Assembly: GCA_963810095.1 (NCBI GenBank) | Contig: CAWEMM010000010.1 | Coordinates: 253,466-317,465 of the forward strand | Reading direction: 5' to 3' | Length of the DNA: 64,000 bases | Source of the DNA: an uncultured Chloroflexia bacterium | GTDB taxonomy: Bacteria > Chloroflexota > Anaerolineae > CG2-30-64-16 | Part shown: positions 50,313 to 60,180 of the stretch, piece after piece | Numbering within the stretch: position 1 is the first letter of the stretch | How the letters are laid out: each line of letters begins with the position of its first letter | The notes under the pieces: generated by a model | What the model saw: only the letters and a program-made list of their open reading frames with translations | Databases searched by the model: none | What the model was told of the DNA's origin: nothing | Program-made: the position numbers and the translations under genes

Positions 50313-51563
50313 TCAGCCGAGCAAGCTCCGGACGGCCGTATATGCGGTCGCGATCCAGATGCCTTCGGCAGAGCCTTCGCACGCCTCATTATATCCTGCC
50401 AGCGCCCTGCCCGCCACGCGGAGGTTATCGAAGGCAACTTCGCCTTGCTCGTCCAGTGGATGCATGGCGCGGTCCGCCGCGATGCCCGCGTAGTGAATCG
50501 CATGATCGCCGGCCAGGAAGGCGTCGGAAAACCATTCGGACATCGGGCGGGCACCCGCGACAGGCAATCCGAAGATCGTCTCGCGCAGTCCGCCGTGGTG
50601 GTCGCTCACGATGCCTCCGCCATACAGGCCGCCGGTCGCCAGAATGACGCTCTTCGCTTTGTAGATCGTCTCCCGCACGACGTTTTTGACCGCCACGCCG
50701 CCCACGCGGCGTCCTTCGAGCAGCGCGCGTTCGACGGGCATGTTCAGAAGCAACTGGACGCCGCCCCGGGCCAGTGCGTTCTTGAACACGTTGTACAGCC
50801 GCATGCCCGGCACGCTTGGCGGCAATGTCGGGATTTCGAACACCGGCACGCCGATCAGGTCCTGCAAGTGCTGCCAGGCCCGCGGGTGGTCGTTCAGGCC
50901 GAGGACGGCGGGCATCCCAACCCGGGTCGCGCCGTTCAACCGCGCCTTGATCTGTGACCCGACGCGTTCCCGCACATCGGCCCGGTCAAACAGCCGGGCC
51001 AGCCCGGCCGAGATATTGTCGAACTTGACCGCGTGAATCTCGGGCAGGTCGAAGGCAAACGGTTCGGCTCGACACCCTTGGCTCGCCAGGTTAGCAACTG
51101 CGAGCGCAGGATAGAAGTCGCGCCAGCCGGCCGGCCCGGCGATGAGCATTGGGCCGGGCCGGTTCAGATCGCCGGCGACGAAGCTCTCGGGTGCAAACGC
51201 GGCCGGAATCGCCGCCCCCAGCGCGGTGGGCAGCCGCATGTTGCGTTCGAGACTGCCGGTGAACCGCAGCCCGTGGGGCACGCAGAGCGCCTGTAATGCG
51301 GTAATCCCGTCCTCGAGCGCCTCGAAGCCGGTCAGCGCGTACGGGTGCTGTGGACGCCGGCGGGTCAACGCCTGCATGCTGTCCTTCAGGCTGCCCTCAG
51401 CGCCGGGCAAGTCGTGCTCCCCAAGGACACCGAGCCAGCCCGGCATGATGTGGGTTGAGCCAATGCCGGCCGCAAGCACTCGCGCCTGCGCGCCGCGCTG
51501 CTGCGCCAGGCAGGCCGCGAAAAGTCCTGCCGGTCCCCCGCCGATAACCAAAACATCGTCCAT
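50313..51563 (-). CDS. glpB: Anaerobic glycerol-3-phosphate dehydrogenase subunit B
   Basis: VIGGGPAG, HPYA, LPTALG, FEIPTLPPSVPGMRL, ILATGG. Confidence 0.92.
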   Translation of the reverse strand: MDDVLVIGGGPAGLFAACLAQQRGAQARVLAAGIGSTHIMPGWLGVLGEHDLPGAEGSLKDSMQALTRRRPQHPYALTGFEALEDGITALQALCVPHGLRFTGSLERNMRLPTALGAAIPAAFAPESFVAGDLNRPGPMLIAGPAGWRDFYPALAVANLASQGCRAEPFAFDLPEIHAVKFDNISAGLARLFDRADVRERVGSQIKARLNGATRVGMPAVLGLNDHPRAWQHLQDLIGVPVFEIPTLPPSVPGMRLYNVFKNALARGGVQLLLNMPVERALLEGRRVGGVAVKNVVRETIYKAKSVILATGGLYGGGIVSDHHGGLRETIFGLPVAGARPMSEWFSDAFLAGDHAIHYAGIAADRAMHPLDEQGEVAFDNLRVAGRALAGYNEACEGSAEGIWIATAYTAVRSLLG

Positions 51564-51603
51564 GAACTGCCTCAAGCCGCCCCGACCGGAGGGGTCATTT
51601 CCG

Positions 51604-53169
51604 TCAACCCAGCCGGTCCAACCCTAAAATGCCGCGATAAATGTGCTCGTCCAGCAGCGCCTGGCGCAGGCTTTGCCCCCACAGCAGGGGCCGCTGGCCC
51701 TTCCAGCGGCGCTGCGCGAAGTCGGCCAGCGCCGCGGTTGCCTGCGAGGCGTCGACCTCGCCCACTTCCTGGAGGATTCCCGCCGCCCGATAGCCGCAGA
51801 AACCGCCCTGGCACGGTCCCATCCCCAACCGCAGGTCTCGGCGCAGGTCGTCGAGCACCCAGGGTGCGACGGGATCGGGGTGCAGCGCGACGGCGCTCTC
51901 CACGTCGGAGCGCGTGATCAACTCGCACTCGCAAACCAACTGCCCCGGCCGGTGCTCCTCTTCCACGTGCGCCAGCCGGTGCCCCAGCCAGTGCGGTTTC
52001 GTCCCGGTCAGGGGCTGCCGGGCGTCGGGCAGCACGTATTCCTTCGTCACACAGGGCTTCGTTACGCCTAACTGGGCGCAGGCCATGTCGGCCGCTCGCT
52101 CGGCCATCAGCCGGTAGGTCGTGAATTTGCCGCCCACCACGGTGACCAGGCCGCCCATGCCATCGCGCTGCAGGTGATCGAGCACGGCGAACGTTCGCTT
52201 CGCCTCTCGACCGACTGCGCTCCCGCCTTCCTCGTAGAGCGGCCGGACGCCCGCCCACGCCCGGAGCGCACGCACCTGGCTGAACCCCGGCACCATCTTC
52301 TCGCCCTCGTCCAGCATCTTCTCGACTTCCCAAGCCTGAATGCTGGTGTCGTTGGGATCGGGTACGTTCACCGACGTGGTGCCAATGACCGCCACCGTGC
52401 CGACGGGGACCAGGATGTCGCCGTCGCCCGGCAAGTGGCAGCGGTTGATGATGGTGTTGACAAAGCGGTAGGCCATCGCGACCATTGTGCCCTTGCTTGG
52501 ACGCACGGTGACCGGGCAGCCCGCCATGCCCGCGATCTGGCCCGCCCATGCGCCGGCCGCGTTGATGACCATGGCCGCCGCCAGCCGGCTCTCCTCGCCG
52601 GTGCGCTTGTTGCGCACCGTCGCGCCGGCTACGCGGCCGCCGATCACCTCGAGCTGCGTAACCTCGTGGTAGGTAAGCACGGCGCCGTTGTGGATCGCGA
52701 TGGCCGCGCCAAGCGCCGTGAGGACGTCGAAAGAGTCGCACGAGGCGTCGGGCACACGAAAGGCGCGTGATGTTGCGGGATTGAGCGCCGGTTCTTCCGC
52801 CAGCATCTGGCCGACGGAGATCTCCTCCGCCTCGATGTCGCAGGCATGGCAGGCCGCCAGCCACTTGTCTGCAAATGCAGGATCGTCGTCTGGGGTGGTG
52901 ATGAAGAAACCGCCGGTGTCCTCGATCGCGTGCGGCACGACCCGGCGCAGGATCCGGTTTTCCTCGATACACTCGCGTGCCGATTCCGGATCGCGCGCCG
53001 CGTAGCGGCCGCCCGAGTGCAGCAGCCCGTGATAGCGGCCGGAAGTCCCGTCCGTCAGATCGTGGCGCTCGATCAGGGCGACCCGCAGGCCGCGCAGGGC
53101 CAGGTCCAGGGCCACGCCACCCCCGGTGGCCCCGCCGCCAATCACGAGGACATCGTAATCTTGCTTCAT
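51604..53169 (-). CDS. glpA: Anaerobic glycerol-3-phosphate dehydrogenase subunit A
   Basis: GTSGRYHGLLHSGGRYA, GGKFTTYRLMAE, VCECE, RLGMGPCQGGFC. Confidence 0.95.
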   Translation of the reverse strand: MKQDYDVLVIGGGATGGGVALDLALRGLRVALIERHDLTDGTSGRYHGLLHSGGRYAARDPESARECIEENRILRRVVPHAIEDTGGFFITTPDDDPAFADKWLAACHACDIEAEEISVGQMLAEEPALNPATSRAFRVPDASCDSFDVLTALGAAIAIHNGAVLTYHEVTQLEVIGGRVAGATVRNKRTGEESRLAAAMVINAAGAWAGQIAGMAGCPVTVRPSKGTMVAMAYRFVNTIINRCHLPGDGDILVPVGTVAVIGTTSVNVPDPNDTSIQAWEVEKMLDEGEKMVPGFSQVRALRAWAGVRPLYEEGGSAVGREAKRTFAVLDHLQRDGMGGLVTVVGGKFTTYRLMAERAADMACAQLGVTKPCVTKEYVLPDARQPLTGTKPHWLGHRLAHVEEEHRPGQLVCECELITRSDVESAVALHPDPVAPWVLDDLRRDLRLGMGPCQGGFCGYRAAGILQEVGEVDASQATAALADFAQRRWKGQRPLLWGQSLRQALLDEHIYRGILGLDRLG

Positions 53170-53239
53170 AGCATTCCTGTCACGGAGCGCCGAGGTAGGA
53201 CCGTCACCCAAGGTCACTCACCTGGAAGTCGTGTGCGTC

Positions 53240-54733
53240 CTATTCTTCCAGCCAGTGCATCGATCGCTCGACCGCCTTGCACCAACCGCGGTACAGCTTG
53301 ACCCTCTGCGCTTCTTGCATCGCCGGCTGCCAGGTGCGATCGACTTGCCAGTTCTGGCGGAGCTCGTCCAGGCTGCTCCAGTACCCGACCGCCAGGCCAG
53401 CGGCGTAGGCCGCGCCAAGCGCGGTCGTCTCGGCAACCCTGGGGCGCACGACGGGCACGCCCAGGATATCGGCCTGGAACTGCATCAGAAGGTCATTGTA
53501 CACCATGCCGCCATCGACCTTCAACGCGGTCAGCTGGACGCCGGAGTCCTGTTCCATCGCGTCGAGGACTTCGCGCGTCTGGTAGGCCGTTGCTTCGAGC
53601 GCGGCCCGGCACAGGTGGCCTTTGTTGACGAAGCGCGTCAACCCGACGATCACGCCGCGGGCGTCTGACTGCCAGTACGGCGCAAACAGCCCGGAGAAGG
53701 CGGGGACGAAGTAAATGCCGCCGCTGTCCTCGACGCTGGACGCGTAGTCTTCGACGTGTTTCGAGAAGTTGAAGAGACCGAGGTTGTCGCGCAGCCACTG
53801 CACCAGGGCGCCGGCGATCGCAATCGAGCCCTCCAGCGCATAGACTACGGGCGCATTCCCGAGCTTGTACGCGACCGTGGTCAGCAAGCCGTGTTTGCTG
53901 GGCACCGCGAGGGTGTCGGTGTTCATCAGCATGAAGCAGCCCGTGCCGTACGTGTTCTTCGCCTCGCCGGGCTTGAAGCACGTCTGCCCGACGAGCGCGG
54001 CCTGTTGGTCGCCGAGCACGCCGCAGACGGGCACTTTGCCGAGGGTGTAGCCGTACAACTCGGGATCGCTGGACGGCCGAATTTGAGGCAGCATCTGCCG
54101 CGGGATGCCGAGCTCGCGCAGGATGTTATCGTCCCAATCGAGCGTGTGAAGGTTCATCAGCAGCGTACGGCTGGCGTTTGTCACGTCGGTGATATGTGCG
54201 CCGCCGTTGGGCCCCCCGGTCAGGTTCCAGATGGCCCAGCTGTCGACATTGCCGAACAACGCGTCGCCGCGGGCGGCCGCCTCGCGCACCCCCTGCACGT
54301 TGTCCAGGATCCACTTGACCTTCGGTCCCGAGAAGTAGGTGGCCAGCGGCAGCCCGGTCTGCGACCGGTAGCGGTCCTGGCCCCCTTCCCGGCCGAGGTC
54401 CCCGATAATTCGGTCGGTGCGGGTATCCTGCCACACAATGGCGTTGTAAAAGGGCTTGCCCGTCCGGCGATCCCACACCACGGTTGTTTCCCGCTGGTTG
54501 GTGATGCCCACGGCCGCAAGGTCGCTCGCGGCAACCTCGGCTTTTTCCATGGCGCCGCGGGCCACCTCTTGAATGCGCCCCCAGATTTCGAGGGGATCGT
54601 GCTCCACCCAACCGGGCTGAGGGTAGATCTGGGTGTGTTCGCGTTGGTGGGAGGCGACGATGCTGCCGCGGGCGTCAAAGAGAATGCAGCGGGTGCTCGT
54701 CGTGCCCTGGTCGATGGCGGCCACGTATTTCAT
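53240..54733 (-). CDS. glpK: Glycerol kinase
   Basis: [45 protein letters not shown]. Confidence 0.98.
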   Translation of the reverse strand: MKYVAAIDQGTTSTRCILFDARGSIVASHQREHTQIYPQPGWVEHDPLEIWGRIQEVARGAMEKAEVAASDLAAVGITNQRETTVVWDRRTGKPFYNAIVWQDTRTDRIIGDLGREGGQDRYRSQTGLPLATYFSGPKVKWILDNVQGVREAAARGDALFGNVDSWAIWNLTGGPNGGAHITDVTNASRTLLMNLHTLDWDDNILRELGIPRQMLPQIRPSSDPELYGYTLGKVPVCGVLGDQQAALVGQTCFKPGEAKNTYGTGCFMLMNTDTLAVPSKHGLLTTVAYKLGNAPVVYALEGSIAIAGALVQWLRDNLGLFNFSKHVEDYASSVEDSGGIYFVPAFSGLFAPYWQSDARGVIVGLTRFVNKGHLCRAALEATAYQTREVLDAMEQDSGVQLTALKVDGGMVYNDLLMQFQADILGVPVVRPRVAETTALGAAYAAGLAVGYWSSLDELRQNWQVDRTWQPAMQEAQRVKLYRGWCKAVERSMHWLEE

Positions 54734-54751
54734 CGTGCTGACCTCCGGATA

Positions 54752-54891
54752 GACACAGAGGCCACAGCGGGCACAGAGGAAAGCTGCACAAGAAACCTGG
54801 TTTCTGCCCCCTCAGCTTCCTGCGCCGGCAGGGTGCTGAGGCGAAACCAGGTTTCTTCGCCGCCTCTGCGTCTTCAGTGACCTCTGTGGCG
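54752..54891. repeat. Composite palindrome: nonamer arms enclosing an inverted AGAAACCTGGTTTC pair
   Basis: CACAGAGGCCACAGCGGGCACAGAGG ... AAGAAACCTGGTTTC ... GAAACCAGGTTTCTT ... CCTCTGCG...CCTCTGTG. Confidence 0.75.
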
Positions 54892-54899
54892 GGCTAGAC

Positions 54900-55400
54900 C
54901 TAGAAAGTGACGAACTTGCTGCTCGGTGCGCCGCAGACGGGGCAGCGCTCGGGCGCCTCACCTTCCATCGTGAAGCCGCAGACCGGGCACACGAAGATGG
55001 CGAGCGTGGTCATATCGGCGCCGCCCACAACCTGATTCTTGGCCCGCGCATAGAGGCCCGCGTGGATTTTCTCCGCTTCCATGGCGTCGTGCATGCTGCC
55101 CAACGCGCGCTTTTCGCCATCGACCTCAGCAGCCTGCATGAACTCGGGGTACATCGTGGTGATCTCGTAGGTTTCGCCGCCGAAGGCCGCATCCAGGTTC
55201 TCCGGCGTCTTGCCGACACCGAGCGCCTTCAGGTGGTTGGTGGCGTGGATCTGCTCGGAGAAGGAGGCAGCCCGGAACAGCCGCGCGATGTTCGGCAGCC
55301 CTTCGCGCTCCGCGCGGTCGGCAAAAACCATGTACTTCATGTGCGCCTGGCTTTCGCCAGCGAACGCGTCCTTGAGATTTCGCTCGGTGGTTTCCTGCAT
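54900..55400 (-). CDS. rbr: Rubrerythrin
   Basis: AFAGESQA, EQIHA, GETYE, EKIH, CPVCG...CPVCG. Confidence 0.95.
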   Translation of the reverse strand: MQETTERNLKDAFAGESQAHMKYMVFADRAEREGLPNIARLFRAASFSEQIHATNHLKALGVGKTPENLDAAFGGETYEITTMYPEFMQAAEVDGEKRALGSMHDAMEAEKIHAGLYARAKNQVVGGADMTTLAIFVCPVCGFTMEGEAPERCPVCGAPSSKFVTF

Positions 55401-55532
55401 GAGTTTGCTCCTGGCGTACTCGCCGTTGAGGGTGGATGCGCCGGCCTGGGGTGCAGGCCCGCCGGGTTGCTGCGGACACGGCACGTTAATACACGGTCGA
55501 GCATACCATGCCACTCACTACTTGTACATGAC

Positions 55533-56187
55533 TCACCGCATATTGGAGGGCGGCGGCTCGGCCAGGTCAAGCTTCGGCACGCGCGGCTCGGTGCCTTTAA
55601 TCAGTCGTTTGATGTTAGGGCGGAGTGCCCAGAGGATGGCGATCATGGTGAGCGTGCCTTCCAGCGCGTACTGCCACGGACCCAAGTGGAGCGCAGCCCG
55701 GATGGCGAACTGGACCGGGATCAGGATGGCAATGACGATGGACGTCAGGGACGCATAGCCGGTCAGGTTGATCCCCAGGGGCAGCATCGGGATGAGCCAC
55801 AGGCCGGAGAGCGGCCAGAAGGCCACGGCTGCGCCGATGTTCGGCCCGGTGCCGGCACCCCCCTTGAAGCCCAGGTAGATGGAGGCGTTGTGCCCGATCA
55901 CCGCCATGAGCCCGGCCAGCACGTCGGCCCAAATGGTGTAGGGGGAGCCGTTCATCACCCAGCGGGCGACCATGATGGCCACAAAACCTTTGAGGATGTC
56001 GCCGGCGCCGGTTGCGATGCCGGCCCACGTGCCGCCTGCCGCGGAGGGCGTTCGTGCCGCCCGTCCGTCCACTGCCGTGCTTGCGGATGTCCTGCCGCTT
56101 GAGGGCGTAAATGACAAGGTAACCCACGGGGATGGCGCCGATCAGGTAGGCCAAGACCCCGGCTGCAATCAGTCGAATCCAGTCCAT
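55533..56187 (-). CDS. plsY: Glycerol-3-phosphate acyltransferase PlsY; frameshift near 56045
   Basis: YLIGAIP...DIRKHGSGRTGGTN, DILKG, GHNASIYLGFKGG, NIKRLIKGTE. Confidence 0.9.
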
Positions 56188-56364
56188 AGCATCACTCCAG
56201 AGGTGCGCTTGCAGCGCGTCATCACCGACGCATTCGTCGCCTTCGACAAATGAAAAACGCAAAACGCGCGTCGGATCAGAACGAGCGTTTCGCGTTCGCC
56301 GCTACGCTATTTTGCACAACACTCTGTGCACACCATAGTTGCGTCCAGGTGGAACTTGGCCCGG

Positions 56365-57108
56365 CTACCGTTCCAGGATATTGCTCAGGAAGAGCTTCGT
56401 TCGTTCGTGCTGCGGGTTGTTGAACAGCCCTTCCGGCGTGTTTTCCTCGACGATTTTGCCGTAGTCCATGAAGATGATGCGCCGGGCGGCCGCGCGGGCA
56501 AACCCCATCTCGTGCGTCACGCAGAGCATGGTCATGCCGCTCTTCGCCAGGTCGAGCATGACTTCAAGCACTTCTTTGATCATCTCCGGGTCCAGCGCGC
56601 TGGTCGGCTCGTCGAAAAGCATGATCTTCGGGTCCATTGCCAGGGCCCGCGCAATGGCCACCCGCTGCTGCTGCCCGCCCGAAAGCTGCCCCGGAAACGA
56701 GTCGGCCTTCTCGGGAATGCCCACCCGCTCCAACAGCTCGTCGGCCACCCGGTTGGCCCCGTCCTCGTTACGCTTCCGCACAATGCGCTGGGCCAGGGTG
56801 ATGTTTTGCCGGGCTGTCAGGTGAGGGAAGAGGTTGAACTGTTGAAACACCATGCCCACTTCGGCACGCACCAGGTTGATGTCGGTCGACTTATGCGTCA
56901 GGGGGATGCCGTCTACGACGATCTCGCCCGAGTTCACGGTTTCCAAGTGGTTGATCGTGCGCAACAGCGTGGACTTCCCCGAGCCGCTTGGGCCGATGAT
57001 GACGAGCACCTCGCCCGCCTGCACATCCATGCTCACGTCGTCCAGCGCATGCACCTTGCCGAAGTACTTGTGTACGTTTCTGATCTGGATGATCGGTTCT
57101 GCCATCAT
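56365..57108 (-). CDS. Polar amino acid ABC transporter ATPase (GlnQ-like)
   Basis: [47 protein letters not shown]. Confidence 0.96.
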   Translation of the reverse strand: MMAEPIIQIRNVHKYFGKVHALDDVSMDVQAGEVLVIIGPSGSGKSTLLRTINHLETVNSGEIVVDGIPLTHKSTDINLVRAEVGMVFQQFNLFPHLTARQNITLAQRIVRKRNEDGANRVADELLERVGIPEKADSFPGQLSGGQQQRVAIARALAMDPKIMLFDEPTSALDPEMIKEVLEVMLDLAKSGMTMLCVTHEMGFARAAARRIIFMDYGKIVEENTPEGLFNNPQHERTKLFLSNILER

Positions 57109-57113
57109 GACTC

Positions 57114-57953
57114 CTAGCGCTTCTCGACCGATAGCCGGCGCTCGATGGCTGTGCTGAGCCGGGTAAAGAACACCGTCAGGATGAGGTAGAGCAGCGCCAC
57201 CACCATGTAGGTGGCGAAGCTCTCGAAGGTGCGGCCCACATATTCGCGGCCGCGGCGGGTGAGGTCCTCCAGGCCGAGAATCGAAACCAACGAGCTGTCC
57301 TTCAGCAGCGTGACGAATTCGTTGCTGACGGGCGGCAGGACGACGCGCACCGCCTGAGGCAGGATGACGTAGCGCATGGCCTGGATGTAATTCATGCCCA
57401 GCGAACGGGAGGCTTCCATCTGGCCCTTAGAGATCGACTGGATGCCCGCCCGGAAGATTTCGGTCATGTACGCGCCGTAGGCGAAGGTGAAGGCGACGAC
57501 CGCGGCCGGGAAACCCTGGATACGCACATTCTTCATGCCCAGGCCGTCCTGGAACAGGACGGGCAGGCCGAAGTAGATCCACAGCAGCCACACCAGCACC
57601 GGCACGCCGCGCACGATCTCTACGTAGCTCGAGGCAATCGCCTTCAGCACGCGGGAGCTGGAGACGCGGAACACGGCCATGATGATGCCGACGATGAGAA
57701 TGAAGATGAACGAGACGATAGTCAGCCGCAGCGTCATGAAGATGCCGTCGCCGGTCACGAGCGAGCCGGTAACGTACTGGAAGATCGGCCGGAAGCGATC
57801 GGGGGAGAAGATGTACAGGGCGAGGGCAAGTCCGATTGCGCCGGCAAGCAGAAGCCAGTACTTGTCGAACTGCCCCATGCCGCCCCAGCGCGTCGCCTGG
57901 GCAGGCACCGGCGCCGAGCCGGAAACGACGACCTTCTTGTCTGATTCGGCCAC
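57114..57953 (-). CDS. Polar amino acid ABC transporter permease
   Basis: [37 protein letters not shown]. Confidence 0.95.
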   Translation of the reverse strand: MAESDKKVVVSGSAPVPAQATRWGGMGQFDKYWLLLAGAIGLALALYIFSPDRFRPIFQYVTGSLVTGDGIFMTLRLTIVSFIFILIVGIIMAVFRVSSSRVLKAIASSYVEIVRGVPVLVWLLWIYFGLPVLFQDGLGMKNVRIQGFPAAVVAFTFAYGAYMTEIFRAGIQSISKGQMEASRSLGMNYIQAMRYVILPQAVRVVLPPVSNEFVTLLKDSSLVSILGLEDLTRRGREYVGRTFESFATYMVVALLYLILTVFFTRLSTAIERRLSVEKR

Positions 57954-58000
57954 CTGGCACGTACTCCTTCTGCGGCCCGCCGCCGCTAACGATTTTTTCC

Positions 58001-58050
58001 AACACAAAGACACAACGACATCGACGCCGATGTCGCTGTGTCTTTGTGTT
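58001..58050. repeat. Near-perfect 50-bp intergenic palindrome of the CACAAAGACAC family
   Basis: AACACAAAGACACAACGACATCG-acgc-CGATGTCGCTGTGTCTTTGTGTT. Confidence 0.8.
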
Positions 58051-58076
58051 AAGTCGTTGGCTACAGCGGCGCCGCT

Positions 58077-59022
58077 CTACTTCCGCAGGCGCGGATCGAG
58101 CGCGTCGCGCAGACCGTCGCCCAGCAGGTTGAATGCCAACACAGTCAGCATAATCATGAGGCCGGGGAAGAAGACCAGGTGGGGCGCGGTGAAAACCTGG
58201 TTGCGCTCCTGACCCAGCATCGAACCCCACTCGGCCATGGGCGGCTGCGCGCCGAGGCCCAGGAAGGACAGCGCCGCCGCATCGAGGATCGCAGTCGCGA
58301 TGCCTAGCGTGCCCACGACAATCAAGGGCGTGAGGGTGTGGGGCAGGATGCTGCGGGCGAGGATGCGCGCATTGGGGACGCCCACCGCCCGGTCCGCCGT
58401 CACAAACTCCCATTCCTTCACCGAGAGCACGCTGGCGCGCACGACGCGCGCATACGTCGGGTATCGAGACGATGCCGATGGCGAGCAGTGCATTCGTGAG
58501 CCCTTCTCCCAGCACGGTGACGATGGCGATGGCCAGCAGGAGCGCCGGGAAGGCCAGGAGGACGTCCATGACGCGCATGATGATGTTGTCGGACCAGCTG
58601 CCCACGAAGCCCGCGATGGCGCCCAGGATGGTGCCGATCACGATGGCGAAGCCAACCGTGGCAAAGCCGACCATCAGCGAAATGCGTGCGCCGTAGAGGA
58701 TGCGGCTGAAGAAGTCACGCACGTTGCCGTCGACGCCGAGGATGTGCTGCGGCTTGTCGGCCGGGCAGCCCAGCAGGTGGATGCACGGCCCCGAGCGCAT
58801 CTTGATCTGCTCGACCCCAATCAGGACCTTGTTCGGGTTGTAGGGCGCGATGACGGGCGCCAGGATGGCGACAAGCACTAGCACGACCAGGATGATCATG
58901 CCGATGATGGCCGATTTGGTACGGAACAGCGCGCGGATGGCATCCTGTGTCGGGCTGCGCGGCTTGCGCTCGAGCACTTTTGCAGTGGAAGCAGCTGCGG
59001 CCGTTGGAACGGGTGTGGTCAT
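58077..59022 (-). CDS. Peptide ABC transporter permease (DppC-like); frameshift near 58462
   Basis: HILGVD...RDFFSRILYGARISL, AALSFLGLG, EWGSML, FNLLGDGLRDALDP. Confidence 0.93.
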
Positions 59023-59023
59023 G

Positions 59024-60100
59024 TTAACTCAAGCGGACACGAGGATCGAGGAACGCGTACAGGACGTCGACGATCAGGTTGATCAGCACGTAGCCGACCG
59101 CGATGATGAGCGTAAAGGCCTGGACGATGGTGTAGTCACGCGCCTGGATGGCGTCAAAGAGCGTTCGCCCCACGCCGGTCAGGTTGAAGATGGTCTCGGT
59201 CAGCACCGCGCCGCCGAGCAAGGTGCCCAGGGAGAGCCCCACGATCGTCACGACCGGGATCAGCGCGTTGCGCATCGCGTGGCGCATGACGACCTTGTTC
59301 TCCCGCAGACCTTTCGCCCGGGCGGTCCGAATGTAGTCGAGGCTCAGCACATCCAAGAGGCTGGAACGCGTCATGCGGGCAATGATTGCCATGGGGATCG
59401 TGCCCAGGGCCAACGCGGGCAGGATCATGTGCTGGACGCTGTCGAGGAAGCCCTTGACGTTGAGCGTCAAAATCGACGTAACGATGTGCATGTTGGAGAC
59501 AAATGTGAGCAAGGTCAGCAAGACGCCGGGCTGGAGGTTCAAATGCCAGGCTTCCATCAATGTCGGAATCACCATGCCTGCGGTGTTGCGCCCCGAAGGC
59601 GGCAGCCAGAACGGTGTACCCTTGAGCAGGAGCGCGAAGACATAGGCCAGCATCAGGCCAAGCCAGAACACGGGCATCGAAACGCCGATGTTGGCAACCA
59701 GCATGGTACCGACGTCTGTGGCCGAATTGCGCCGGATGGCCGACACGAGACCCAGAATCACGCCCGCGATGGTCGCAAACATCAGCGCGAGGAATGCCAG
59801 CTCGATCGTGACCGGCAGGCGCTCGATAAGCAGAGCGCTCACCGGGCGACCGTAACGGAACGACCGCCCCAAGTCCCCCTGCGCTATGTTCTTCATGTAA
59901 ATCGCGAACTGGGTCGGGATCGGTTTGTCGAGCCCATTACGGATAATGAAGTCGTTACAAATGGCGTCCGTGGCCCGCTCGCCCAGGGCAGCCCGGCAAG
60001 GGTCGCTTGGCAGGAGGCGCGCCAACGCAAAGGTGACAAAAAGGATGCCCAGCAGCACCGGAATGCTGGCTACCAGGCGCTTGGCGATATAGCTGAACAT
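59024..60100 (-). CDS. Peptide ABC transporter permease (DppB-like)
   Basis: GDLGRSF, SMPVFWLG, DYIRTARAKGL, HAMRNA, DVLYAFLDPR. Confidence 0.95.
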   Translation of the reverse strand: MFSYIAKRLVASIPVLLGILFVTFALARLLPSDPCRAALGERATDAICNDFIIRNGLDKPIPTQFAIYMKNIAQGDLGRSFRYGRPVSALLIERLPVTIELAFLALMFATIAGVILGLVSAIRRNSATDVGTMLVANIGVSMPVFWLGLMLAYVFALLLKGTPFWLPPSGRNTAGMVIPTLMEAWHLNLQPGVLLTLLTFVSNMHIVTSILTLNVKGFLDSVQHMILPALALGTIPMAIIARMTRSSLLDVLSLDYIRTARAKGLRENKVVMRHAMRNALIPVVTIVGLSLGTLLGGAVLTETIFNLTGVGRTLFDAIQARDYTIVQAFTLIIAVGYVLINLIVDVLYAFLDPRVRLS

Positions 60101-60180
60101 GCCCGTCCGTTTACCCGTAAAAGAGGTGGGACACCCGCAGGCTCACTGCGAGGCCGCAGGCGTCCCACCGGGTCAGGTCC

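Noticed and set aside
56254-56296. Heptamer repeat AAAACGC x2 with an imperfect inverted arm
   Set aside because: Too short and degenerate to separate from an ordinary terminator-like hairpin after the glnQ-like gene
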